Positions 39,564 to 48,745 of a DNA stretch of 64,000 nucleotides are shown in pieces (the first letter of the stretch is position 1; the number at the start of each line of letters is the position of its first letter). The notes beneath the pieces are model-generated. The model did not search any database. It was not told where the DNA came from and saw only the letters and a program-made list of their open reading frames with translations. The DNA is taken from the NCBI GenBank assembly GCA_964291405.2, contig OZ219926.1, positions 1,792,001 through 1,856,000 of the forward strand, in the 5' to 3' direction. The DNA comes from Thermodesulfobacteriota bacterium. GTDB taxonomy: Bacteria > Desulfobacterota > Binatia > Bin18. A program made the translations under genes and the position numbers.

Positions 39564-39676
39564 GGGCCGCCCTCCCCTCCTACCCGGTCCGGGGATTATC
39601 CACTGAGAGAAGGAGGGAGGTCAACGGCCTGTATTCCAGAACGGCAAGGGGAGCGGATTTCCGGGCCTTGAGGACC

Positions 39677-41092
39677 TTACCGGCCCAGTGCTCTATAGTG
39701 TTCAGCCAGCACGCGGGCCACACACGCAGTCAGCCGTTTGCCCATCGAGAGTTCCAGAAACTCATTCGGTCCGTGCGCGTTCGAGTGTGGCCCGAGCACA
39801 CCGGTAATCATGAACTGGGCGGTGGGGAATTTTTCACCCAGCATGGCCATAAATGGGATCGTCCCGCCCTCGCCTATGGCACACATGTCTCTGCCGAAAA
39901 ACTCCCGCGAGGCACTCTGCAAGGCAGTCTCCAGCCACGGAGCGGGCGGGGGGGCGTTCCAGCCGCCCGCCGCCCATTCGGGCTCAAAGGATACCTGTGC
40001 ACCATAGGGCGGGTCATTCTCCAGGAGCTGTTGCAACGCGGCTGAAGCCGCGTTCGCGTCCAGGGTCGGTGGAATCCGCAGCGACACCTTGGCCGCGGTA
40101 ACGGGCCGCAGGACATTACCGGCTTGCTCAAGCGCGGGCAGACCAGCCGCACCGGTAATTTCGAGTTGAGGCCGCCAGGTCCGGTTGAGCAGGAGCTGAC
40201 GGATATCGTCCGTCACTGCCTGGGCTCCGGGATGAAAAGGAAATTCTGCTGAGGCGGTCTGCCCCAACACGGTCGCGGTTGTTCGGGCCTGTTGCAGTCG
40301 TTCGTCCGGTATTTCAACCTGAAATTCGGGCGGCAGGACCTCTCCGGTTCGTTCGTCTTCGAGGCGGCTCAGGAGTTGGCGCAGAATACGAAAGCTTGAA
40401 GGAACGATGCCGCTGGCTGCGCCTGAGTGAACTCCTTCGGTGAGAGTAGAAACGGACAGATTTCCTGACACCAGGCCGCGTAAAGAAGTCGTAATCCAGA
40501 GCTGGTCGTAGTTGCCACAGCCCGAGTCAAGGCAGACGACGAAGCTGGGCGTACCGATGCGGTCGGCCAGGGCATCCATATAATAGGGCAAATCTCCACT
40601 GCCACTCTCCTCGCAGGCTTCGATAATGACCACACAGCGGGCAACCGGAACGCCCTGACGCTTGAGCGCCGCAATGGCGGTCAGGGAAGCACAGGCTGCA
40701 TAACCATCGTCGGCGCCTCCACGCCCGTATAGCTTGCCGTCTCTCAGCACCGGCTGCCACGGGCCGAGCCCGTCATGCCAGCCGTCCATGGGCGGCTGCT
40801 TATCCAGGTGACCGTAGAGCAGCACGGTTTCGGCCGAATCGCCCGGAACCTCGATAAAGAGTAAGGGCGTACGGCCTTCAAGCCGGACCACCTCAAGACT
40901 CAGACCGGGAACCGCTTGGCCGCGAATCCAGCCGGCGATGAGTTCGACAGCCTGATCCAGATAGCCGTTCGTCTGCCAGTCCGGATCGTAGGCTGGGGAT
41001 TGGTTAGGGATGGCTAGGTATTCTGTCAGGGTGGGGGTAATACTGTTATCCCAGGTGGATTCGACAAATTGCCAGGTTTTTTGGGTATCCAT
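39677..41092 (-). CDS. M20 family metallopeptidase/dipeptidase
   Basis: YGHLDKQP, GRGGADDG, EESGS, HSG, GGTIPF and NAHGPNE. Confidence 0.92.
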   Translation of the reverse strand: MDTQKTWQFVESTWDNSITPTLTEYLAIPNQSPAYDPDWQTNGYLDQAVELIAGWIRGQAVPGLSLEVVRLEGRTPLLFIEVPGDSAETVLLYGHLDKQPPMDGWHDGLGPWQPVLRDGKLYGRGGADDGYAACASLTAIAALKRQGVPVARCVVIIEACEESGSGDLPYYMDALADRIGTPSFVVCLDSGCGNYDQLWITTSLRGLVSGNLSVSTLTEGVHSGAASGIVPSSFRILRQLLSRLEDERTGEVLPPEFQVEIPDERLQQARTTATVLGQTASAEFPFHPGAQAVTDDIRQLLLNRTWRPQLEITGAAGLPALEQAGNVLRPVTAAKVSLRIPPTLDANAASAALQQLLENDPPYGAQVSFEPEWAAGGWNAPPPAPWLETALQSASREFFGRDMCAIGEGGTIPFMAMLGEKFPTAQFMITGVLGPHSNAHGPNEFLELSMGKRLTACVARVLAEHYRALGR

Positions 41093-41188
41093 ACGGGAAT
41101 TGTAACCGGCTGTCGGGTCCGTTGCCAATCCGGTCTAGCCGTCCGGCCCCCAACTCGGTAAGCTGACAGTCTCAAGGAGGTTGACGCT

Positions 41189-41542
41189 ATGGCAGAACTC
41201 GTTGTGTATCACAATCCTGGTTGAGGCAAGTCACGCGGAGCGCTCGATATTTTGCAGGAGCGCGGCGTCGAGTTCGACGTGATTGAATATCTCAAGAGCC
41301 CCCTCAGCCGAGGAGACTTTGAGCATTTTCTGGACCTGTTGCCGGATGAACCCGCGGAACTGGTCCGTAAGGATAAGAAATTCAAGGAACTCGGTCTGAG
41401 CGCGGACGACTATGTGACGCGCGAGGCCGTGGTCGAGGTCTTACTCCAGCATCCTGAGCTGATGCAGCGGCCGGTTATTATCAGGGATCAAAAGGCGGTC
41501 ATCGCCAGGCCATCCGAAAAGGTGCTGGAGCTGCTGGATTAG
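41189..41542 (+). CDS. arsC: Selenocysteine-containing ArsC-family (glutaredoxin-type) arsenate reductase
   Basis: AAGGAGG RBS and ATG 41189; reads MAELVVYHNPG-UGA-GKSRGALDILQERG in frame with ORF 41252-41542; LVRK, LMQRP and IARP arginines conserved. Confidence 0.85.
41233..41268 (+). promoter_or_regulatory. Putative bacterial SECIS hairpin
   Basis: ACGC-GGA-GCGCTC[GATATTTTGCAG]GAGCGC-G-GCGT; loop starts with G, 21 nt after the UGA. Confidence 0.6.
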
Positions 41543-41547
41543 CGAAG

Positions 41548-41578
41548 GGTCGGATTACGCTACGCTAATCCGACCTAC
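41548..41578 (-). repeat. GTAG-type REP-like palindrome between convergent arsC and miaB
   Basis: Minus strand GTAGGTCGGATTAGCGTAGCGTAATCCGACC. Confidence 0.65.
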
Positions 41579-42894
41579 AGATCATCCGCACGCGCAGGTA
41601 CGCCCACTAGAGTATGGGCATTGGCGGAGGTCACCCGGACCGGCACCAACTCGCCGGGCCGGGCTCCGTTGCCGGGGAAGACTACTGTTTTGAACTGCGG
41701 GTCCTTCCCCGCGAGCCAATCTTTTTGCTTCTTGGCCGGCCCTTCAACCAGGACCTCCACGGACTGACCCACCCGTTGTCGGTTGATCTCTCCCCCAATG
41801 CCTTCCTGCAGGCGGATAATCTCCTGTAAACGCTGTCCCTTTTCCTGTTCCGAAAGGGTCTCGCCCCACTTATAGGCCCGTGTCCCCTCGCGGGCCGAGT
41901 ACTTGAACATAAAGGCGAAATCGTAGCGGACCTCCGCCATAAAGTCGTAGGTGGCACGAAAATCGTCTTCCTCTTCGCCCGGAAAGCCGACAATAATATC
42001 CGTCGACAAGGCCAGGTGGGGGATGGCTGCGCGCAGCCGGTCCACAAGCGCGGCATATTCTTCGATCGAGTAGCCCCGTTCCATACGCTCCAGGACCCGA
42101 TTCGAGGCGGCCTGGAGCGGCAGGTGGAGATACGGGACGACCTTGTCACAGGTCGCCATGGCGTCAATTGCACTAGCATCCATATCGGATGGATGCGGCG
42201 AGGTAAAACGAATCCGCTCAATCCCATCGATGCACGCGGTCTGGCGCAGGAGGCGGCCAAAATCGACCTCGCCATCCCGGTAGGCGTTGACGGTCTGGCC
42301 CAGATAGACGACTTCTTTATACCCTTGGTCGGCAAGCGCTCGGACTTGGTCTAATAATGCCGACGCGGGCACACTGCGTTCCCGTCCGCGGACGTAGGGC
42401 ACGATGCAGAATGTGCAGAACTTGTCGCAGCCCCGCATGATGGTCACCCACGCTCGCACCCCTTCCCCGCGCGCGGGCGCAATATCGGCATAGGTTTCAT
42501 CCCGGTCGAGACGGACGGACACCAGCGGTTCCTCAGCACTCTCCTGCGCCAGCAAGGCCGGCAGGTTACGATAGGCATCCGGTCCTAGCACCAGATCAAG
42601 AAAGGGGGCTTTATCGAGCAGGGCATCCCGATGGTGCTGGGCCATGCAGCCGGTGAGCCCCAGGACGACACTTGGATTCCGGGCTTTATACTGCACCAGA
42701 TCGCCCAGTCGCCCGATGATGCGTTCTTCCGCGTGCTCCCGAATCGCACAGGTATTCAGCAGGATGACATCGGCGCCCTCCGGCGTAGGCGTGGATTCGT
42801 ATCCCTGCGGTTTCAGCACGCCCAGGATGAGCTCGGTGTCAGCGATATTCATCTGACAGCCGTAGGTTTCAATATAGACGGTCCGTAGTTCCAT
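41575..42894 (-). CDS. miaB: tRNA-2-methylthio-N6-dimethylallyladenosine synthase MiaB
   Basis: TYGCQMN, NTCAIRE, GCDKFCTFCIVPYVRGRE, RFTSPHP, DIIVGFPGE and TRAM domain. Confidence 0.95.
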   Translation of the reverse strand: MELRTVYIETYGCQMNIADTELILGVLKPQGYESTPTPEGADVILLNTCAIREHAEERIIGRLGDLVQYKARNPSVVLGLTGCMAQHHRDALLDKAPFLDLVLGPDAYRNLPALLAQESAEEPLVSVRLDRDETYADIAPARGEGVRAWVTIMRGCDKFCTFCIVPYVRGRERSVPASALLDQVRALADQGYKEVVYLGQTVNAYRDGEVDFGRLLRQTACIDGIERIRFTSPHPSDMDASAIDAMATCDKVVPYLHLPLQAASNRVLERMERGYSIEEYAALVDRLRAAIPHLALSTDIIVGFPGEEEDDFRATYDFMAEVRYDFAFMFKYSAREGTRAYKWGETLSEQEKGQRLQEIIRLQEGIGGEINRQRVGQSVEVLVEGPAKKQKDWLAGKDPQFKTVVFPGNGARPGELVPVRVTSANAHTLVGVPARADDL

Positions 42895-43015
42895 AGCGTC
42901 CCTGGCAGGGAATTTTTGTAGCCGTTCCATGACCGCAAAGCAACGGCTATAGTGGATGGCCGCCGGTAGACTGTCACGGTGCGGTTTTTATGTAAAAGCA
43001 AATATCTGGAGATGT

Positions 43016-43930
43016 ATGGCCGCACGCATTATCTCACTCCTGCCCAGCAGTACGGAAATTGTCTGCGCGCTGGGTCTGCGCGAGCACCTCGTCGGCGTCT
43101 CTCACGAGTGTGACTATCCCTCGGACGTTATCGGGCTTCCCATCTTGACCGAACCCAAACTTGATCCCCGCGGAACCAGCGGTGACATCGATACCCGAGT
43201 CCGTGAGATTGTGCAGGAGGGGTTGAGCGTCTACCGTCTGCAAACCGAGGCATTACAAAGGTTGAAGCCGGACCTCATCGTGACCCAGGACCAGTGTGAG
43301 GTGTGTGCCGTTTCCCTGCCCGAGGTTGAAGACGCCGTGCAGTGTTTTCTGACTCCGGACGTGACCGTCGTATCGCTCAGACCGGAGAAACTCGACGATA
43401 TCTGGACGGATATCCGTCGGGTCGCCCAGGCCACCGATCAGGAAAAAGCCGCGTACGTACTGATCCAGGACGCAAAAGAACGTCTCTGGAACATCGCCCA
43501 AAAGACTCGGCATTTACCCCGTCCGCGGGTGGCCTGCCTGGAATGGCTCGACCCCCTCATGGCGGCGGGCAACTGGATTCCGGAACTGGTGGATATTGCG
43601 AGCGGGGAATATGGCCTGGTTGAGGCCGGCGCGCATACACCAACGCTGACCTGGGAGGCCCTGGTCGCCTACCAACCGGAGGTCATCGTTATCACCCCGT
43701 GCGGATTCAAAATCCCACAGTCGCAGGCAGACCTGCCACAACTGACGGCGCATCCAGACTGGCAAGCCCTCCCGGCCGTGCAACAGAACCGGGTATATGT
43801 GGCAGACGGCAATGCCTATTATAACCGGCCCGGTCCGCGCATTGTGGAGAGTACGGAAATCCTCGCCGAGATGCTGCATCCGGAAGCATGCGCCGGCATG
43901 GCGGTGCCGGGCTCCTATATTCAGGTCTGA
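43016..43930 (+). CDS. Cobalamin-binding/BtuF-like periplasmic-binding-fold protein
   Basis: RIISLLPSSTEIVCALG, VSHECDYP, QDQCEVCAV, LEWLDP and NRPGPR. Confidence 0.85.
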   Translation: MAARIISLLPSSTEIVCALGLREHLVGVSHECDYPSDVIGLPILTEPKLDPRGTSGDIDTRVREIVQEGLSVYRLQTEALQRLKPDLIVTQDQCEVCAVSLPEVEDAVQCFLTPDVTVVSLRPEKLDDIWTDIRRVAQATDQEKAAYVLIQDAKERLWNIAQKTRHLPRPRVACLEWLDPLMAAGNWIPELVDIASGEYGLVEAGAHTPTLTWEALVAYQPEVIVITPCGFKIPQSQADLPQLTAHPDWQALPAVQQNRVYVADGNAYYNRPGPRIVESTEILAEMLHPEACAGMAVPGSYIQV

Positions 43931-43980
43931 GCGATTCTGACAGTCGTCAGGGAAGGACGTGTCCTTGCGCGGTGTTCCTC

Positions 43981-44322
43981 TCACTCGCTGGGATCAAGAA
44001 TCTCAATCTTTCCATCTCGGAAATCCCGACCTCGTTCTTTTACCATGTGGGGATAGCTGTGGTAGAACTGCCCGCCGAGACGCAGGAAGGACTCCACTTC
44101 GGTCTCTTCAAGATCGAGGTCTTCAATGGCGCTAACCGCGTCCGCCTGGCTGGAGGCGTTGACTAAGACGTCAAAAATCAGTTGGCTTTCCGCGGTCTGG
44201 AAATCCTCGCGGCTCGGCAGCTCGTCACGGTTCTGCATACTCTCCGGATGGTTATCCAGAAGATAGCGGAGCGCCTTGAGTTCATGTCGCTGTTGATCCA
44301 GCTTTCTTATTTTTTCAGGCAT
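43981..44322 (-). CDS. Hypothetical protein
   Basis: 113-aa ORF with GAGGAG RBS; protein-like composition. Confidence 0.6.
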   Translation of the reverse strand: MPEKIRKLDQQRHELKALRYLLDNHPESMQNRDELPSREDFQTAESQLIFDVLVNASSQADAVSAIEDLDLEETEVESFLRLGGQFYHSYPHMVKERGRDFRDGKIEILDPSE

Positions 44323-44341
44323 GGATAGTCTCCTCTGTCAT

Positions 44342-44370
44342 GTAGGGGCGGGTTTCAAACCCGCCCCTAC
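44342..44370. repeat. GTAG-type REP palindrome
   Basis: GTAGGGGCGGGTTT-C-AAACCCGCCCCTAC, a perfect inverted repeat. Confidence 0.8.
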
Positions 44371-44390
44371 CTAGTATATACACAGGAGCT

Positions 44391-44909
44391 ATGGCTGTGA
44401 CAGAGCATAAAGGCAAAGCCCACCGCACGGTCAGGTGCGCCGTAATTACCCTGAGCGACACCCGGACCGAAGAGACGGATACGAGCGGTAAACGCATCAA
44501 AGACCTCCTGGCTGAGCAGGGTCAGCCTGTTGTCTCGTATCGTATTCTCAAGGACGAACCGGAGCAGATCACGGCGGTCGTGCAGGCTCTCCTGGCCCAG
44601 CCGGAGGTTGACGCGATTATCACCAACGGCGGAACCGGTATTGCGCCGCGCGACACGACGTTCGAGGCGATCCAAGGCCTGCTCGAAAAAGAAATCACCG
44701 GTTTTGGCGAGATGTTCCGCATGCTGAGCTACGCAGACATTGGCGCTGCGGCTATGCTGACCCGCGCCACCGCAGGGGTCGCGAACGGGAAAGTCATTAT
44801 TTCTTTGCCCGGTTCAACCGGGGCGGTCGAGCTGGGCATGACCAAACTGGTCTTGCCGGAACTCGGCCATATGATGTTCCTGCTCCGGGGAGAACGCCAT
44901 GCACATTAA
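44391..44909 (+). CDS. moaB: Molybdenum cofactor biosynthesis protein MoaB/Mog
   Basis: ITLSDTR, DTSG, TNGGTGIAPRDTT, GFGEMFR and LPGS. Confidence 0.92.
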   Translation: MAVTEHKGKAHRTVRCAVITLSDTRTEETDTSGKRIKDLLAEQGQPVVSYRILKDEPEQITAVVQALLAQPEVDAIITNGGTGIAPRDTTFEAIQGLLEKEITGFGEMFRMLSYADIGAAAMLTRATAGVANGKVIISLPGSTGAVELGMTKLVLPELGHMMFLLRGERHAH

Positions 44910-45615
44910 GTTACGCTTTTTTGCCTCGCTCCGAGAGCGACTCGGCCGCAGTGAAGGCAGTTGTGAAGTACCGGAAGGCGCAACGGTCAGGACGGTTTGG
45001 GAGACGCTCAAACAAGAGCATCCGGCCCTCGTCGAGGTTGAGCGTTCGCTCGCCTTTGCCGTCGCCCAAGAATACGTTGACGGAGATCACCCCCTGCACG
45101 ATAACGATGAGCTGGCCTTTATCCCGCCAGTGAGTGGCGGCGTTCTGATGGACAGTCGTCTGTCCTGTCGGATTACCCAGGATCCGATTCGCCTGGACGA
45201 GTTGACCGCCTTTGTGGCCGACCCCGGCGCGGGCGCCATGGCAACATTTGTCGGCACGACCCGAGACACCAATGAGGGCCGGCGAGTCATTCGGCTGGAA
45301 TACGAGTGTTATCCCGGTATGGCGGAAAAAGAGATGGAAAAGATCAGCCAAGAGGTCCTGGAGCGCTGGCCAGTGAAAAAAATCGCCATGCTACATCGGC
45401 TCGGTCGGGTCGATATTGGAGAGGCCAGTGTGGCCATAGCCGTATCGTCCAGTCACCGCCACGCCGCGTTTGAGGCGTGTCATTACGCGATCAATCAGCT
45501 CAAAGAAACGGTCCCGATCTGGAAGAAAGAACTGTACGAAGGAGGCGAAGTGTGGATAGGCTCACAGACGGGGAAAAACGGCACCCTCCACCCGAGCGGA
45601 AGCACCGAGCAGTGA
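44899..45615 (+). CDS. moaE: Fused molybdopterin synthase MoaD-MoaE
   Basis: FFASLRE...IPPVSGG (MoaD) read through into GAMATFVGTTR, LEYECY, HRLG and PIWKKE (MoaE). Confidence 0.92.
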   Translation: MHIKLRFFASLRERLGRSEGSCEVPEGATVRTVWETLKQEHPALVEVERSLAFAVAQEYVDGDHPLHDNDELAFIPPVSGGVLMDSRLSCRITQDPIRLDELTAFVADPGAGAMATFVGTTRDTNEGRRVIRLEYECYPGMAEKEMEKISQEVLERWPVKKIAMLHRLGRVDIGEASVAIAVSSSHRHAAFEACHYAINQLKETVPIWKKELYEGGEVWIGSQTGKNGTLHPSGSTEQ

Positions 45616-45645
45616 TGCATCGCAGCAGAACTGGACGCTAGGCGT

Positions 45646-46503
45646 ATGGCAACAGACATTCGGACGGTTGGGATTGTCGGCACGGGACAAATGGGGAGTG
45701 GAATCGGTCAGGTTGCTGCGCAGGCGGGTATGGCGGTGGTCCTCTACGACGTCAACCAGGAGATCGTTGACCGCGCGCTGGGAAACATCCAGAAGGGACT
45801 CGTGCGCCTGACGGACCGGAGCAAGTTGTCGCCTGATGAGCGAGACGCCATTCTCGGCCGTCTGCGTGGCACAGCCGTCCTCGAAGACCTGAGTGGTGCC
45901 GACGTCATTATCGAGGCCGCCCCGGAAGACTCGGCCATCAAGGAGGATATCTTTCGGAAGCTCGACCATATCGCCCGGCCAGAGGTCATCTTGGCCAGCA
46001 ATACCTCGTCCATCTCGCTGACCCAGCTCGGGGCGGTTACCAACCGGCCGGAAAAAGTCATTGGTATGCACTTCATGAACCCGCCGGTCGTCATGCAGCT
46101 GGTCGAGATTGTGCGCGGCCTGGCCACCGCTGACGAAACCTATACGACCATTGATGGGTTGGCCAAGAAAATGGGCAAAACCACGATTCAGGCCAAGGAC
46201 TATGCCGGTTTTGTGGTCAACCGCATCCTGTTGCCCATGATCAACGAAGCGATCTATGCCTTATACGAAGGGGTGGGCGGCGTGGAGGATATTGACCAGG
46301 GGATGAAGCTCGGCACCAACCAGCCCATGGGCCCACTCGCCCTGGCCGACCTTATCGGACTGGACACCTGCCTGGCGGTCCTGGAACGCCTGCACCACGG
46401 CCTGGGTGACGACAAATACCGCCCTTGCCCGCTGCTGCGCAACTATGTTGCGGCGCATTACTTGGGGAAAAAAACGGGCAAGGGTTTCTACGAATATAGA
46501 TAG
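45646..46503 (+). CDS. hbd: 3-hydroxybutyryl-CoA dehydrogenase
   Basis: GTGQMGSGI, ASNTSSI, GMHFMNP, GFVVNRIL and PMGPLALADLIGLD. Confidence 0.9.
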   Translation: MATDIRTVGIVGTGQMGSGIGQVAAQAGMAVVLYDVNQEIVDRALGNIQKGLVRLTDRSKLSPDERDAILGRLRGTAVLEDLSGADVIIEAAPEDSAIKEDIFRKLDHIARPEVILASNTSSISLTQLGAVTNRPEKVIGMHFMNPPVVMQLVEIVRGLATADETYTTIDGLAKKMGKTTIQAKDYAGFVVNRILLPMINEAIYALYEGVGGVEDIDQGMKLGTNQPMGPLALADLIGLDTCLAVLERLHHGLGDDKYRPCPLLRNYVAAHYLGKKTGKGFYEYR

Positions 46504-46516
46504 GGGTTCGGGATTC

Positions 46517-47674
46517 TTACAAGGCGGCAGCCGCCTCTTTGCACGCGTCAATATACTCCGTCTCCGCTTGGGCACAGGACTGGGCTCGTTGTTGGTTGTC
46601 CGGATATAACGACAAGAGGACCTCGCCGGTCGCGGCGTAACACGCTTCTTTTGAAGCGTCATCAAGTCGACGGCAAAATGCCAGTCCACGCTGCGGGTCG
46701 GCATGGGTCAGAATAAAATCCTTCACCGCGCCAACAAGACACGCGGTAGCCTGTTCCGGACTGCCTTGCTGACACAGGCTCATGGTCTTCTCGGCATTAC
46801 GCAGGGTGAAACCGCTCACATCGCGACCCAGACTTTCATAACAGACGGACACAAACGCTGCCGGCGCACCGCTACACACCTGAAAAGCCTTTGCGAAATC
46901 GTGCTGCGAAAAAGTCAGGATGGCTGAGGATTGCATCCGGTAACAGGCCCGTTGGTAAGGCTCACCCACCGCGGTACAGGGATACAGGGGGTCTTCTGGC
47001 CGGAGCAAGCTTCTTGGACGGTCGGCGTGGCTCTGATGTCCCTCCTGATGCGTGTGATGAGGCTGAAGGAAGGCCACGACATTCTCCATAAAGACGCCGC
47101 TGTAGCACGACTCGCGCTCCCAGGGCGAGGCTAAGGCATCGCAGCCTTCAAGCGCGGTGGGGAGTTGGTAATCAAAGTATAAGGTGAGGCCGTGCCCCAG
47201 GCCATGCAGACATTGGTACTGCAAGAACGTGGACTGCCATGCATCAATCTCCCTGGTACACACCGCCGCGATGGTGTCGGCCCGTACCTCGGGCAGACTA
47301 CGCAGATAGCTTTCCAGCACGCCGTGGTAACAGCCCGACCAGAATGTCTCCCGGCAGTGAGCAAATGCCTCGGCCACATCCTTATAGTATGCAAATGATG
47401 CCCGGCCGAGGTGATGGGTGTAGGGATGCGCATCACGCAGCACATCGGGGTCCTGCTGTGTCAGCGTGTCCAGAGTGGCCAGCGCGTGTTCGGTGCCCTG
47501 GGTCTGCAGTATTTTTTCCAGCCCGGTATGGTAACACTGCCGCTTTTGGGGCTGGTGTTGATGCCCACCGCACTGCCCCCAGAGTTGCTCTGCCTCATTT
47601 TCCTGAGCAAAGCTCGGCACCGTCAAGACACCGACAATCCCAGCGAGTAGGATGCTTGATAGGATATGCCCCAT
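46517..47674 (-). CDS. Secreted Cys/His-rich repeat protein
   Basis: Signal peptide; HPYTHHLG, GCYHG and CLHGLGHG; many paired Cys repeats. Confidence 0.7.
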   Translation of the reverse strand: MGHILSSILLAGIVGVLTVPSFAQENEAEQLWGQCGGHQHQPQKRQCYHTGLEKILQTQGTEHALATLDTLTQQDPDVLRDAHPYTHHLGRASFAYYKDVAEAFAHCRETFWSGCYHGVLESYLRSLPEVRADTIAAVCTREIDAWQSTFLQYQCLHGLGHGLTLYFDYQLPTALEGCDALASPWERESCYSGVFMENVVAFLQPHHTHQEGHQSHADRPRSLLRPEDPLYPCTAVGEPYQRACYRMQSSAILTFSQHDFAKAFQVCSGAPAAFVSVCYESLGRDVSGFTLRNAEKTMSLCQQGSPEQATACLVGAVKDFILTHADPQRGLAFCRRLDDASKEACYAATGEVLLSLYPDNQQRAQSCAQAETEYIDACKEAAAAL

Positions 47675-47689
47675 GGTCTTCTCCTTGTA

Positions 47690-48709
47690 TCAGGTCCGAT
47701 ATTGAACAACCTCAAGCAGAGCGGAGAGCTTGCGGACCACACTCCAGGGCGCGGGTTGCTGATTCCATGCCGTGCGTACACCCTCAACGCCTCCCAGGGC
47801 GGCTAAGCCGCGTTGCCCGACCTCGTAGACTATTTCTCCAATCCCCCACTCCAGGTGTTGGGCAGCACGTTTTCTTTCAAGACTAGCGGTCGCTTGCAGA
47901 TGCCGCCAGTGCGCACGGAGGGCCTGGTTGAGAGTGTCCATATTCAGATTGGTTGCCGCGCTGACGGCCAGCACCGGACTGTCCCAGACTTCAGACTCAG
48001 GAGGGGCTGGCCGTCGTGCCAGGGCGAGCGCCGCCTGCGTATCAGACAGCGCCTTTTGCGCCAGCGTCTGATTATCCGCCTTGTTCACTGCCAAAATGTC
48101 CGGGATCTCCATCACCCCGGCTTTGATAAACTGAAGCAGGTCGCCGGAAAATGGCTGGACGACCAGGACAGTCGTATCGGCAAGGGCAGCAATATCGGTC
48201 TCGCTTTGGCCCACCCCAACCGTTTCAACCAGGATGACATCGCAACAATGCCGCAGTAGAAACACCGCCGAAAACGCCTCTCGACTCAGGCCGCCCAAAC
48301 GATCCCGCGCCGCGTAACTGCGGGCATAGACCTGAGCGGGCAATTGCATCCGGCCACGGTCGCCCAACAGAGCTCCGCCCGACACTTTACTAGACGGATC
48401 GACTGCAATAATGGCGACCCGGAGGCCATCTTGTACCTGCGGCTCAATCAGCCGCGAAATCAGCGAGCTTTTACCCACACCGGGCGGGCCGGTCAAGCCG
48501 ACGACCTGGGCCGATGCGGGTCGCGCCGAGAGGGTATCCAGGAGCGTGAGCGCTTGAGCTTGACGGTTTGGACGCCGATCTTCGAGAAGGTTGAGCGCAC
48601 GCGCAATAGCCTGACGATTAAAATCAACCAGAGCGGCAACAGTGCTGTGGGATGACTGTGTCACAAACAGAGGCGCCGGACAAAAGGCGCGGGGCAGCTC
48701 GGGCCGCAC
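47690..48709 (-). CDS. meaB: Acyl-CoA mutase-associated GTPase MeaB
   Basis: GLTGPPGVGKSS, AVDPSS..SGGALLGDR, ETVGVGQSE, KAGVME and VNKAD; start uncertain. Confidence 0.92.
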   Translation of the reverse strand: MRPELPRAFCPAPLFVTQSSHSTVAALVDFNRQAIARALNLLEDRRPNRQAQALTLLDTLSARPASAQVVGLTGPPGVGKSSLISRLIEPQVQDGLRVAIIAVDPSSKVSGGALLGDRGRMQLPAQVYARSYAARDRLGGLSREAFSAVFLLRHCCDVILVETVGVGQSETDIAALADTTVLVVQPFSGDLLQFIKAGVMEIPDILAVNKADNQTLAQKALSDTQAALALARRPAPPESEVWDSPVLAVSAATNLNMDTLNQALRAHWRHLQATASLERKRAAQHLEWGIGEIVYEVGQRGLAALGGVEGVRTAWNQQPAPWSVVRKLSALLEVVQYRT

Positions 48710-48745
48710 CTAGGGATGTGTTCAATACCCTGGCTGAGCCGACCG

